Below, in pieces: positions 1 to 12,552 of a stretch of DNA of 64,000 bases. The stretch is taken from contig OZ210885.1 of the NCBI GenBank assembly GCA_964658305.1, positions 24,428,001 through 24,492,000 on the forward strand. Direction: 5' to 3'. The notes under the pieces are model-generated. The model saw only the letters and a program-made list of their open reading frames with translations. It was not told where the DNA came from and searched no databases. The stretch's first letter is position 1. The number at the start of each line of letters is the position of its first letter. Both the position numbers and the translations under genes were made by a program. The DNA is from Leptogorgia sarmentosa. Lineage: Eukaryota.

Positions 1-1683
1 CCGACAACAGACTTAAACGAACAAGATAATTCCATTATTGATAACTGCTTCCATCAAATGCTGCTCACTTCTATTGTGGGGTCCAATTTGACTGCAGTTT
101 GTGACTGGAGTGCTGACTTGGCCTATTTTAATAGCTTATTTGGCTCATTAAATTAATTAGTAATAACTTACATTCTTCTTTGCTGTTTGTTTACTTTAAT
201 AATATATCGCGATATTCGTTAGATCGGTAGTAAATATACGAATATTATTTGCAATCATGTCGAATTGTGAAGTTAAGATAATGCTGGGAATATTAAAGAT
301 GATTACAATCGGTTTTTACTTCGTTTGGTATAATTTATACAGCATAAGCACCGCGGGCAGTAGTATTATTAATATCGTTATTTGTTTATATTACTTACAA
401 TCGTCGGTCTGTTTATATATGACGTTGTCGTGCTGAGCTTTTCCCGACTTTTATGCAAATTTAACATAATGGGAGCACTCAGAATAATTTAAGACATGGC
501 GTAGAAGTGTATTTTAATATCGAAAGTAGAAAGTGACTTGATATGCAAAATGAGAAAGGTGACCTTGCAAGGTCAAAAAACTTGACAATTGATTGATCTG
601 TAATTCCGCACCTATTTATTTGCCCAACGAAAATTTTATATCATTTGAAAGCCAGAAACGTAGAGAGTAAACAGTGGTAATCTTAAATAATTTCAAGCTT
701 TATCGCATGTTTAAAAATTTCGTCGAATGTTGGGCAGCTTTTGTGGAGTAAGAATATATTTCTGAAAGTAAAGATTATTTAGAGTGCAACTCGTAGGTCT
801 AATTTCCTAAAAATATGTATACTGAATAATTACTTATCAAGGAAAACGTTTCAGGCAATTTTAACTGAGTACGAGTAAATTTTAGTAACAAATTTTGCCT
901 CCCAAAAATCATGCATATTTTGCAACTAAAATGGCAATTTCGAAGGGGTCGCTGTAAATCCTTGTTTTCTCAAAAATAAGCAAACGCAGGACTTCGTAGA
1001 GTATATAGCACATCTCAAGACACATTAGGCTACGTATGGAAAAGAAATGAGCGAAATCGATTTTTGAGCTTTGGCCACTTATTGTTCGATTTTTGTGGAC
1101 ATTCACTCTTAATTACTTAATAGTTAATATATAGCACCGAACAGTGAACACAACGGAGACATTGTTGAGAGATTCGTGACGAGGGGGGAAAGGAGATTAG
1201 GCAGATTACGATCAGAGGGAAGAGAGCGAACGTTAAGATATATACCATAAATACAAAACCTCAATTTCTACCGAACTATTGGCTCATCAATTTAAAGAAG
1301 ACAGAGAGGAGACCAAAGTAAGCCTAAATATAGATATTGTTCAATCCGTTAGCGAATTTAAAATATACCACAAATTAAGGAACAGATGTTAGCATCACGA
1401 ACGCTACGTACATTATAGTATAGTCATATAACCTTTATATATCCTGTTTAGCCATAAATTTATCATAGTTCATTTTCCTACTCTAGTTCGAACTCGCACA
1501 ATCGATAGCTACTTGTAACCGAATTGATATCTCGAAATAATTAAAGTCTACCGAAACACTGATCTGAAATAGTCTATTGTCCAGCGAAGTTTGAAACCCT
1601 CACGCGATCAAAAGAGCCATCACCCCTGTAGGCCCAAACGAAGCCGTCAAGAAATCTAAATCAAGCCTACAAGACCTATTTAC

Positions 1684-1935
1684 AGGGATACCAGAGCACA
1701 TTTACCACTACCCAGATGAATATGGTGGGGAAAGGTGTGGGCTTGCCCTCACCGATGAACAACTCCAAGAAGTGGCAGAAGTATCAGGTATTCTTGATGG
1801 CACCAACGACTATTTAGATGAAGCGTTCCGTAATGAATGTGAAAGACATATTCCTAATACTGATGATATTGAACCATCGCAAGCTGCAAATGCATATTTA
1901 TATTTAAAAGCAAACTTTGATGAAACCAGACTGTA
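1684..1935 (+). pseudogene. C-terminal exon of IS3EU-type DDE transposase
   Basis: Manual translation GIPEHIYHYPDEYGGERCGLALTDEQLQEV...AANAYLYLKANF* resembles the C-terminus of 36656-37330 (GRPDELYSIPEYHGGEDDLLVPVT...EAEALYCNL). Confidence 0.6.
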
Positions 1936-2048
1936 ATAGTCCATTTTTTACATTTTATTGATGCTTAAACTGAACATGAAGAAAACTCATAAAGACCAAT
2001 ATGAACATCAAGATAAACATATTATTTTAAAAGTCATCACAACATAGT

Positions 2049-2989
2049 CTATTTGGATTTGATAGATAGTAGGTTACAAAACTTGTTGCACCTGTGATTG
2101 GCAAAGAAGTTTCCAATGGCTTCAGTTGACAAGTTACCAATGCAGAAAAACACTGCATCATCTTTGGGGTCAGTTAGACCAGTGGATGCAATTTCTGGAT
2201 CTGCACAGCTTTCCTGGTGTGTGCCTCAAGCGATCCAAACAATTGTGTGATTTCGTCAGTTTTATCTTTCAAATATTTCTTCAAGATGTATTTGCCAACA
2301 GGAAGGCCACTCAGTACATTCGCTACGTAAGCTTCGCAAAATGATCCTTGAGCAAATGGGACTCTACGAAGGGAAAGCTTGACTTCAAAAGGCATTAACC
2401 ATTCCATCTCAGCTATCGAAAACTCCTCCGAATGTAACGTAACTATGTCAGAATCCGGGTTAATGACTTTCCCAATTTTTAGCATCTTACTAAGTGAAAT
2501 CGATGGCGCCACAGACATAGGCAATCGTGAGCTTAAATTTTCAGATCTCGGCATTACATTTGTGGGGGTACTGCGTTTTTTGGGGCTATGTTTGGTAGGT
2601 TCACTTTGACGGTTAGCGACAAGGCTTTGTGCGCCAAGCCCATATTCAATGAATCGCACTTTCCAATTCTTTATTTGGGATGTGCTTGTGTACGATGGGC
2701 CACGTTCACCAGCGAGAATATTGCATTCCAATTCAGTATCAAAATGGACTTTACACGCATCCTTTATGGTTTCTAGTGTGGTTTCTTTTTCTTCCATTGG
2801 CACCCAGGTCAAGGGCCCAATTTGCGTGTACTTCTGGCACTTGCCTTCTACATTGGCTGATAAACGTTGCACAGTTATACCGCCTTCAACATTGACAGAT
2901 TGATTTTTCTCGCCGCGAGAGTTCTTTCCCCTCTTTTTTGCGATCTTATCTTTATAATTATCCCAGTTTTGGCATCTTTTCGCGGACAT
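2049..2989 (-). pseudogene. Alpha-kinase (eEF2K/TRPM7-type) domain protein with an internal deletion
   Basis: PFAQGSFCEAY (P-loop) and YILKKY are present. After a frameshift near 2200 comes DPEIAS...FCIGNLSTEAIGNFFANHRCNKFC, the alpha-kinase C-terminal Gly-rich and Zn-binding motif. The middle of the domain is missing. Confidence 0.8.
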
Positions 2990-4561
2990 ATTATTCACAT
3001 TGTACAGAACAAAAGTACTTTCGTTTTTACTGTAAATAAGCGTGTTTGCTTTCAGGCCCAGGTTTCAACTTTTTAGGTGGCAAATCTGAAACCCACCCGC
3101 CTGCTAATGGGCATTATGGTCCAAACGTCTATGGCACTCATAGGCCAATAGCTGTATTTTTTTTTTTTGGAAAAAAACCTATGGCACAGATAGGCCATAT
3201 AAACTTATTTTTTTGTTTCACTTTAGAATAAAAAAAGAAAAATCAGAAAAAAATTAACATAACATAATAATATTTTAAAAATATTTTATTTATTGTTCAT
3301 TTTATTTTTTTTAATTTAAAATATTTTCCATTATTTATTTTTTTTCATAAAAAATATTAAATTGTCAACAGATATTTCTAATGGCATTCCTAGGCCACCA
3401 TACACGTTACCAGAAGACATGGCGAAAAAGTTGTTATCCAGGCAATACCACATTCCCTTAACCACATCTGGCAACGAACACTGTACTTTGTGCTTCGTTT
3501 GAAGAAATACGCTTCTCGTCTGATTAACAGTTTATTATCCAACGATGAAACAAACTTTCTATTACAGAAATAACATAAGAATTACAATAAAATAAAGCCT
3601 TTCGCACAATAAAAATACATCTGCTACTTACAGGAAGTTAGTATAATCTTTCTGGCAAGATCCTATCTCACAATAATAGAAATAATAAAGTTAGTCTGCA
3701 ATGTTCGCTCTCTCATAACAACAATAACAAGTGTTCGTAGCACCACTTGGTCAGCGGTAACAAGTGAGACAGTACTTCATGACATACACTCTGCATCGTT
3801 GTTTGGTGATAATTGAAAGGTTGGATAAATGAATGTCTTACAGACCCAAGCACATCAATGTTTCCCATCAGTTGTTGGCACATTTGAAATGATGTGTAAC
3901 CTCAAAAAAAAGATATATGGAAAATAGAACGTTAGGACTATTTCATACGTCGAATTTTGGTCACGCCGAATTCCATTCCAACTCCCATGCAACGGCTTTA
4001 AAACACGCAGGACTAGTAGTAGAGCATGTGCATTCACAAGTTTACAACCCACCAAGCAATCTTTCCTTATTTCAGTTACAGTCATTTGCCAGTTGTGGGA
4101 GGATGTCACTGTTCAAAAACAACTATAGCTTTACATCTATATGCTATTGCATGTTAGTTACCTAAAAACAGATCTTCAGCTGTTATTTGTGAAATATCTC
4201 TTTGTGGCATTGTGGCAGTTTCCTTACACATCATTAACTCTTCAATTTCGCTTATGTCAGGGATAATTGCTCCTCTTACGGTAAAATTCCACATCTTAGG
4301 CCCCAAAGATTTGAAAAGTCTTAGATGGCGTTTCCTTCCATGATAAATATTGTCCATTAACAAAATAACTGGTGTTGTTTCAGGGCACTTGTCTTCGATA
4401 AGCTTTGACAATCCTTCTTGGCGATGATCAAGAAAATTATTTCTAAAAGTAAACAGAAAAATTACTTAATTTGTGCTATACTGTGTCTGTATGTAGAAAG
4501 AATGTTTTGAGTTTCACATCACTATAATTGGGTGAGTAATTTACATTACATGTATGTTATA

Positions 4562-5142
4562 CAGGGTGTCTCAAAAAAAAGGTAATCGAACTTTGGCATG
4601 CCATTGTGCGTTAATTACTGGGTGTACGAACGTGATTTTTGCATGGTCATAAAGATCAAGGTCTTAGCAGTTGAATGACATATTTGTTGTACGATATGGA
4701 AGAAAATCAGGTAAATGCGAGCGTGTTGAAAAATCTCGGTGAAAAACGCATTCTTTCACCTCTGAGAATTGCAGCTAAACTTATTCAAAATTAACTCCCT
4801 CTGGGACTCGAAGATGACGACCTTCAACAATCGACCTGATTATGCATAATTATTAATAATCCTGATAAAATCTTTGTTACCATGACACATTCGTGATGAA
4901 TTGCATTTTTCTTTTGTTATGCACTGCTTTAATTAGGCACAGAGGTGAAAGAATGCGTTTTTCACCGAGATTTTTCAACACGCTCGCATTTGCCTGATTT
5001 TCTTCCATATCGTACAAGAAATATGTCATTCAACTGCTAAGACCTTGATCTTTATGACCATGCAAAAATCACGTTCGTACACCCAGTAATTAACGCACAA
5101 TGGCATGCCAAAGTTCGATTACCTTTTTTTTGAGACACCCTG
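4562..5142. mobile_element. Tc1/mariner-type MITE with ~200-bp TIRs
   Basis: TA|CAGGGTGTCTCAAAAAAAAGG...CCTTTTTTTTGAGACACCCTG|TA; near-perfect long inverted repeats; TA TSD. Confidence 0.9.
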
Positions 5143-5239
5143 TATATATATATATAACTGGTATCCAAACTATTACAATTTAGAAGATCATCTGAAAGAA
5201 TACAAGGTGGACTGAGAATACTAGAATACTATCCACCAG

Positions 5240-5484
5240 GGGCCAGTTGTACGAAAGTCAGATAACTTTATCCACTGCCATTGGATAGTGATTTTTTCAA
5301 TCATTGTAAAAATACACAAAAAGCTATAAAACTGCACATATGGGCCTGGAAATTAATAAAGAAAAGTTCAACTCTAAAATATCAAAGTTTAATCTGAATT
5401 GGATGGATCAACAGGTTGTTTTAAGAAGTTTGAAAAAGTCGCTATCCGATGGACAGTGCTATTCGCCTTTTGTACAACCGGCCC
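5240..5484. mobile_element. PIF/Harbinger-type MITE
   Basis: TIR GGGCCAGTTGTAC/GTACAACCGGCCC, 3-bp TSD CAG. A second copy of the family lies at 57271-57512. Confidence 0.85.
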
Positions 5485-6035
5485 CAGATGGTGATTCTTT
5501 GAGTCTTTCTAAATATGGATGTTTTCAATATTTACTTAGTGATTATCAGGGAATAAAATTTGCGCAAACCACCAAAATGAAATGTATAAGTACATGGTAT
5601 CCCAATGTGGTGTCAATCCAATAGAATTTAAAAGATTGATAAACTGTTTACCAGCTCCATATGTGACACAAACAAGACCGAGGAGCAGTCGTACATCATT
5701 TTTACATTTTTTATTCCTGACACTAACCAGCTCCTGAGAGAATGCATTAACACCACAGGTCAGTTTATACTCTGAAGTTTTGTAAACTCTTTGCCTTTTA
5801 TCTGCTACCAACAGTGTCTGCAGAACATTGTGCAAAAGCGGGCACTTCTCTTCAAAATTGTTAAGCAGATCTTTAAAGATCTCTCTCTTGAATAGGTCTT
5901 CTATATCACTTTCCTCTCTCATTCCCAAGGAGCACATTTCTTCCATTTCCTTCATTTCTTTTTCAATTTGCTTCTTCTGTGAAGATGAAATGTTTTCTGG
6001 ATCACATCCAATTTTCTAAGTTTACTTTCATATAA

Positions 6036-6202
6036 TGTGATAAATGCAGATTTCAACTTTAGATACTGTTCCAAGTTCCCTTTATAAAAAAGGACCCATG
6101 GACATGTGCTCGGGCCTTTCTGGGGGGGGGATTGACATTGTGTTAGAGTAGACTGGGAGTGATAGACTAAGGGAGTAAATAAAACGTACCAAAAACTTTA
6201 CA
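6036..6202 (+). repeat. 5' LTR
   Basis: GACCCATGGACATGTGCTCGGGCCTTTC matches 10472-10499, and ATTGTGTTAGAG...ACTTTACA matches 15537-15602. The 5' start is uncertain. Confidence 0.75.
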
Positions 6203-6216
6203 TGGTACCAGGAGTG
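6203..6216 (+). promoter_or_regulatory. Primer-binding site, complementary to tRNA-Leu(TAA) 3' end
   Basis: TGGTACCAGGAGTG immediately after the LTR CA; complement of ...CACTCCTGGTA-CCA, the animal Leu-TAA tRNA end as I recall it. Confidence 0.75.
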
Positions 6217-6233
6217 TAACTCAAGATATAGCA

Positions 6234-9200
6234 ATGTCAGAACCGTCAGAGACAGAGACAACAAGCGGTGAGCAGGTCGCGACGACGGCCCATACGCCAC
6301 CCAACACAACAACAACAACGACACAAGTTCAACAACCAACACCAATATTCACGAGCAAACTACCTACGCCACCGAATATCAATTTGAAAGGCGACTTGAG
6401 AGAGCACTGGAAGCAGTGGAGACAGATTTGGGATGCATACACCCTTGTTACAGGCCTGAACCAGCAAAGCAACGAGTTCAAAGTCGCCACATTCGTCACA
6501 TGCATTGGCCAAGAAGCGTTAAAAGTGCATAATGGGTTACCGTTTAAAACCGACGAAGAGAAGATCGACATGGCAAGAATTCTTGAACTGTGGGGCGAGT
6601 ACTGCAACGGCAAGACTAACATTATTTACGAGAGATACAAGTTCAACAACCAACAACAAAAACCAGAGGAAAGTATCGACGCGTATGCCACCACTCTTCG
6701 AGACTTTGCGAGCTCTTGCAACTATGGCGCACTACAAGAAGAAATGATCCGAGATCGCATTGTGTGTGGAATAACTAACTCCAGTATACGAAAGAAGCTC
6801 CTTCAAATCCCAGACCTCACCTACGACAAATGCATCGATGTTTGCAGAGCGGCCGAAGCAACCGAAACCCAGATAAGCGCAATGAAGTCTAACGAGACAA
6901 CATATTCGTCAAATGACGCCATTAATGTTGTTGGCAATTCCAGGAAAAAGCCGTCCGAAAGTGACCCGGGCAGGACGGGGGGTAATACCACCCTTGAATG
7001 TCGATATTGTGGCCGCCAACACAACAGAGGGCGCAATCACTGCCCAGCGTTTGGCAAATCATGTGCAAAGTGTGGGAAAATGAACCACTTTGCCGCCAAA
7101 TGTTTATCAGCCAGGAAAACTTCCATTAATACGCTCCAAGTCCAGGACACCGACGTGAGCAACGACAATATGATCGACATGGTCTCCCTGCGCGAAGAAG
7201 ATAGAGACATAATGCATGTCACACAACAGAGAGACACAGGAAAGATTTTTGCTACAATGAAGATTGGACGCAAAACAGTGAAAATGCTTGTTGATTCGGG
7301 GGCTTCCTGCAACGTTATACCGGCTAAGCATGTCCCTCCAGCGACAACCATAACCCCAGCCAACAACTCCCTGGTTATGTACTCAAAGCCTGCAATCGGG
7401 ACGACACAGCTGAACATTCTGAATCCGAAGAACGCAAGGAAACACGTGGTAAAATTTGTTGTAGTGAACAGGGAATACACACCACTACTGGGACTCCAGA
7501 CTGCTCAGGAAATGGAAATGTTAACTATTCAGCACGATAACATCCTTAACACGGTGGACAGTAACCACCCGACCGCGACAACACCCACTCCACGTCCAAG
7601 AAACCTAGAGGAGGTGATGACAACCTTTGGAGACGTCTTCGATGGCACACTGGGCCTCATGCGGGGGGACGTACACCTAGAGATTAATGAAAATGCGAAG
7701 CCAACAGTCATGCCACCACGACAAGTACCAGTAGCAATCAAACCAAAATTGAAACAAGAGCTGGAGCGAATAACGGCAAGGGGTGCAATTACACCAGTCC
7801 AGGAACCGACTGAATGGGTTTCCAACATGATAACCACGATAAAGCCAGACGGGAGCCTCCGTCTTTGTATCGACCCGCACCACCTCAATCAAGAGCTGAA
7901 GCGAAGCCATTATCCCCTTCCTGTGATTGATGACATCCTACCTGACCTCCACAAAGTAAAGGTGTTCTCGAAAGCGGACCTACAAGAAGGGTTTCTACAA
8001 GTGGGTTTAGATGAGGCATCCAGCAGACTAACCACCTTTCAAACGCCCTGGGGTCGATATCGATGGCTACGAATGCCTTTCGGGATCTCGCCCGCCCCAG
8101 AGATCTTCCAGATGAAGCTGCACCAAAATTTAGAAAGCGTGCCAGGAATCTTCACAATAGCTGACGACATTCTGATCACGGGCCAAGGTGACACCGCACA
8201 AGAAGCCGAAGAGGATCACGACCGAAACCTAGCGAGCTTCCTCAGCCACTGCAGGGGCCAGCACATCAAACTAAAGAAAGCGAAGTTCCGGTACAAATGC
8301 GCAGAAGTCCAATTCATGGGACACAGTTTAACCAATGAGGGCCTAAAGCCAGACCCCCAGGAAGTGGACGCCATTCGCAAAATGGGAAAACCACAAGATG
8401 TCGCCAGAGTGCAGAGGTTGATTGGAATGGTCAAATACCTCGCCAAACTCCTTAACAATCTCTCTCAGCTTTGCGAGCCCATCAGGAGACTGACGCACCG
8501 AGACACGGAATGGCAGTGGACGAGCAAACAAGATGATGCATTTCAAAAGATCAAAGAAGCAGTCACCACAGCACCAGTATTACAGTATTTTGACTCCACA
8601 AAGCACACAGAAGGAAGTGGAGATGCTTCATCGCAAGGAATTGGATTCGTCCTAACGCAGGATGAACATCCTATAACGTACGCAAGCCGCGCCCTTACTA
8701 CTGCTGAACAACGATACTCACAAATCGAGAAAGAACTACTCGCTCAAGTTTTCGGTCTCGAGCATAATCACTACTACACATATGGCAGAAAACTCACCCT
8801 GTGGACGGATCACAAACCGCTAGTATCGATTGCCAACAAGCCGCTGGCCTCAGCACCCAAGCGTCTCCAACGCCTTATGCTCAGACTACAACAGTACGAC
8901 GTAGAAATAAAGTACAAACCAGGCAAAGAGATGTTTGTAGCCGATACTCTTTCAAGAGCCTACCTCCCTGACCAACAGCAATCCGATGTCGAGAAAGAAG
9001 TTGAAAGCATACATGCGGTCAACCATCTAGCCATTTCCCAAGAACGACTTGCGGAAATAGAAACTATAATCGGTGGGTGGCCCAACAACAAAGCTCAAGT
9101 CGCCAGGGAAATTCAACAGTACTACAGTATTCGAGATGAATTGTCCGTGCAAAATGAAATCGTGTTCAAAGGGCAACGATGCATCATCCCGAAGAGCCTC

Positions 9201-10365
9201 CGCAAGACGATTAAACAGAAACTACACCGATCTCACGTAGGAGTACAAGGCTGCCCGAGGTGAGCCCGCGAAGTAGTCTATTGGCCAGGGATGACGAAAG
9301 AGCTAACAGAATACATCCAGCAGTGTGAAACATGCAACACCTACTCCTTAGAACAGCAACGACAACCACTTATCTCCCACAAGGTACCCGAAAGACCCTG
9401 GCAAAGAGTGGCGTGCGACATGTTCACATTACAAGGCAAGGACTACCTATGCACGGTCGACTATTATTCGGGATACTTTGAAGTAGACAAGCTGGAAAAG
9501 AAAGATGCAAAACAGGTCATAAAGAAGCTCAAGCGTCATTTTGCTGATCATGGGATCCCCATTGGATCCCCATGAACTTGTAAGCGACAACGGACCACCC
9601 TACAATTCCGTAGAGTTCGCCACCTTTGCACACGACTATGAGTTCGAGCTGAGAAAAAGTTCACCCACATTTCCCCAGAGCAACGGCCGGGCGGAGAATG
9701 CGGTCAAAACAGCAAAACAGCTTCTCAAGAAAGCTATCAGCAGTGGGAACGATTTCTACCTCTCACTTCTGGACTGGCGAAACACGCCAACCGAAGGCCT
9801 CGACAGCTCTCCAGCACAGCGGCTGCTCGGAAGACAAACACGAACGTCCCTACCCACGACGACCCAACTCTTGAAACCCAAGGCGCCAAAGAATGTGCGC
9901 GCAAACATGATTACAAAGAAAAACAAGCAAAGGAAATACTACAACCGGGGAACCAAAGACCTCCCTCCACTAAAGAAAGGCGATATCGTTCGGGTAGACC
10001 CACTACCAACAGACAAGCAAAAAAGATGGTTCAAAGCAAGAGTGGAAAGGAAAGCGGATATTCGTTCGTATGTCGTACAAACGTAAGTGGGACAACAGTA
10101 CCGACGAAACCGAAGACACCTGCGAGCAACAACAGAACAATTCGATGGTTCAGTTATGGGGGAAGACCACAGGGAGGACAATGCCACACCAGCAGAGGAC
10201 AAGGGAATCAGCATCCACAGGAACATAAAGCCAGGGAAACCAGATAGCAACGCCGGCACGATTACCGGAGCCAGCACAACCAGTGTCAGCACAGCCAGGG
10301 CCACCACGAACAAGTGGCAGAGAAACAAAACTCCCCGGACATCTGAAAGACTATATTCTAAGTAG
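6234..10365 (+). pseudogene. Gypsy gag-pol polyprotein (gag, Zn knuckles, protease, RT, RNase H, integrase), disrupted
   Basis: CAKCGKMNHFAAKC knuckle; VDSGASCN protease; RMPFGI...IADDIL RT; DASSQGIG/TDHKPL RNase H; HHCC plus ACD/SDNG/AENAV integrase. Stop at 9261, frameshift near 9560, stop at 10084. Confidence 0.95.
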
Positions 10366-10640
10366 AAAATAGTGAGACAAACTTACGTCATCTGTTCATG
10401 TTAAGTTGTGTTCGAGAAAAGGGAAGATGTAACGATAATGGTGATTGGTCATTCATGGACCAATCACAAAAGACCCATGGACATGTGCTCGGGCCTTTCA
10501 CATTAGAGAGTTTTAGATTGGCGCTCTTTTTGAAAACGGCAAACTGCGGTTTGACGTTTGCGGTTAGAAGTTTGACGTTATTATTTAAAAAGACTTTAGA
10601 TTGTATCTGGTAATAACCAGACAATCTAGAGTAAATCAAT

Positions 10641-12351
10641 ATGGCTGCTGCAAAGAGGAGGTAAGATTTGCTTATTTTGTAGCTTCAACTGCCAACAAAA
10701 TTTGTCCAGAAAAGCCGAAGTCAATTATTTTTCAAATTAACTTTTATAGAAAAAACTTTGGTGACATTGTGGAGTTTTTACTCTACGACTCAGATTCTTC
10801 TGATGACGAAGATGATTTGTTTGATGATTATGATCTAATTTTATATGAAATGGCTTTTACCCAAAAGCCAATGCTTGGACCTCGTCTCAATTTGCAAGAT
10901 GTCTCCGAAGACGATTGTGAAAAAATGTTTAGGTACACATTGTATATGTTTCGATGTTGAAGTATTATAGGCCAAATCATTCGTATGATTTATTGAAAAT
11001 AATCAATTTAGGTTTCAGAAAGAAGATATGCAACGCCTGTTTCGAGCACTAAACATGCCTGCTCATTATATTTGTGAACAAGGAACAAAGACATCCGGAA
11101 TGGAATGCTGAGGAGGTTGAGCTATCCCAACCAATTGACCGACGTTGTTCCAATCTTTGGACGATCAGAATAAGAACTAAGTCTTATCTTCAATCATGTA
11201 AATATTTTGTTATGAAAATTCAAGTACAATTATAATTAAAACGTAATGAATGATTTAAATTAAAAAAAGACCTGAAATTAATATCATCCACGCTTTAGGT
11301 AGTTGATGACCTTTATGGAAGGTACAACGAAAGGCTTAGCATGTTAGACGCGGTATGGCTAGACCCTGAAGCTTTTTCTCAAGCTATACATGCTAAAGGT
11401 TGCCCACTGACACAGTGCTGGGGTTTTATTGATGGCACTGCCAAAAGTATCTCAAGACCAATTTATAATCAGAAAATTATGTACAGTGGACACAAGAGGA
11501 TTCACTGTCTAAAATTTCAGGTATTCCTAAAACCCTTTTATGGCTGTATTAGTCCATACAACACAGCAATCTGCTTTAAATTCACATTAAGTAATGCTGA
11601 TCTAGAAAGGGACTAATACCATGTCCCACTAACCTATTCCTGTGATGAAATCAACCCAACTATATAATATTGGTACCATATTTTCCATATCAACCTATCC
11701 CCCAAGGGGGCTTATTCTTTCAGACCTTTTGAGAAGGGCTTATTCGGGGGGGGGGGGTTAATGAGAGCTTAATAAATTTAATAAATATCTCTATGTACAT
11801 AAATGGAGCAGGCTTATTGGGAAGGGGGTCAATAGAGGGAACATGGCAATTCTGTTTTTTTTCCGTTCAGTCAGTCCAGGCCCCTAATGGCATGATCACT
11901 CATTTGTTTGGACCAATTGAAGGACGGCGCCATGATGCATTTATGCTCGGAGAGAGTGGCCTCCTTCCAAAATTGCGGCGTCTTACTAAACGGAGAGCCA
12001 TATGTTATATATGGAGACCCATATGTTATATATGGAGACCCTGCTTATGGTCTGTCAAGAAATATTCTTGCTCCATTTCGAGGTGCAATCTTGACAGATG
12101 AAGAGAAGACATTCAACAGCGCTATGAGTAAAGTCAGAGTCAGTGTGGAATGGGGTTTTGGGAAAATTCTGCAGAACTTCGCCTTCATAGATTTCAAGAA
12201 AAATTTGAAAATTTTACTGCAACCTGTAGCCAAATATTACTTAGTTGCTGGCATCTTGACTAACTGCCATACATGCTTGTATGGTTCTGTAGTAAGTAGG
12301 TTTTTTGAGCTTGCCCCACCACAACTAGAGGTATACCTGTCTAATCAGTAA
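10641..12351 (+). pseudogene. Harbinger/HARBI1-like transposase, multi-exon, disrupted
   Basis: CWGFIDGT, YSGHKRIHCLKFQ, EGRRHDA, YGDPAY and VRVSVEWGFG motifs; GT-AG introns; lesions near 11105 and 11171. Confidence 0.9.
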
Positions 12352-12552
12352 AGATTTGTAAAGAATTCCAGTCTAAAATGTTATTTTATAAACATTTACA
12401 CTATATGATAATTGGGGTCATTCCAAAACCTGTAAGATAAATAAATATAAATCCTGTAATATTCTTGTTTTGTAGAAAATACAACAGTTATAAACAGCAA
12501 CATTTGTATGAAGCCTCATGTTAAACTTCACCTCAGAAGTATTCATTTACAA

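Larger units (their letters stand above)
1684..3402. mobile_element. IS3EU-type DNA transposon remnant (right end plus 3' part of transposase plus alpha-kinase cargo gene)
   Basis: Terminus ...CTAGGCCACCATA at 3402 (reverse complement TATGGTGGCC) has the same first 10 bp as the complete element at 35267-45248. Same convergent two-gene layout. Left end not found. Confidence 0.7.
3855..6019 (-). pseudogene. Fragmented Academ (AcademH/DUF6589-like) transposase exons
   Basis: EEKCPLLHNVL...LLLGLVCVTYGAGKQFINLLNSIGLTPHWDT (5536-5955) followed by ILLMDNI...WNFT (4154-4411) resembles DUF6589-type transposases. Interrupted by MITEs and truncated by the Gypsy element. Confidence 0.5.

Noticed and set aside
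440..1111. Possible Kolobok-type non-autonomous end (...CACTC|TTAA at about 1111)
   Set aside because: No partner end or coding evidence in the window.
2049..2998. Host TRPM6/7 or eEF2K gene
   Set aside because: No channel or other host domains; internally deleted; lies within transposon ends.
6329..10328. Antisense and alternate-frame ORFs over the Gypsy element
   Set aside because: Shadows of the long pol frame with no recognisable motifs.
11670..11850. Possible small MITE in the Harbinger intron
   Set aside because: Inverted ends are too degenerate and no TSD can be verified.
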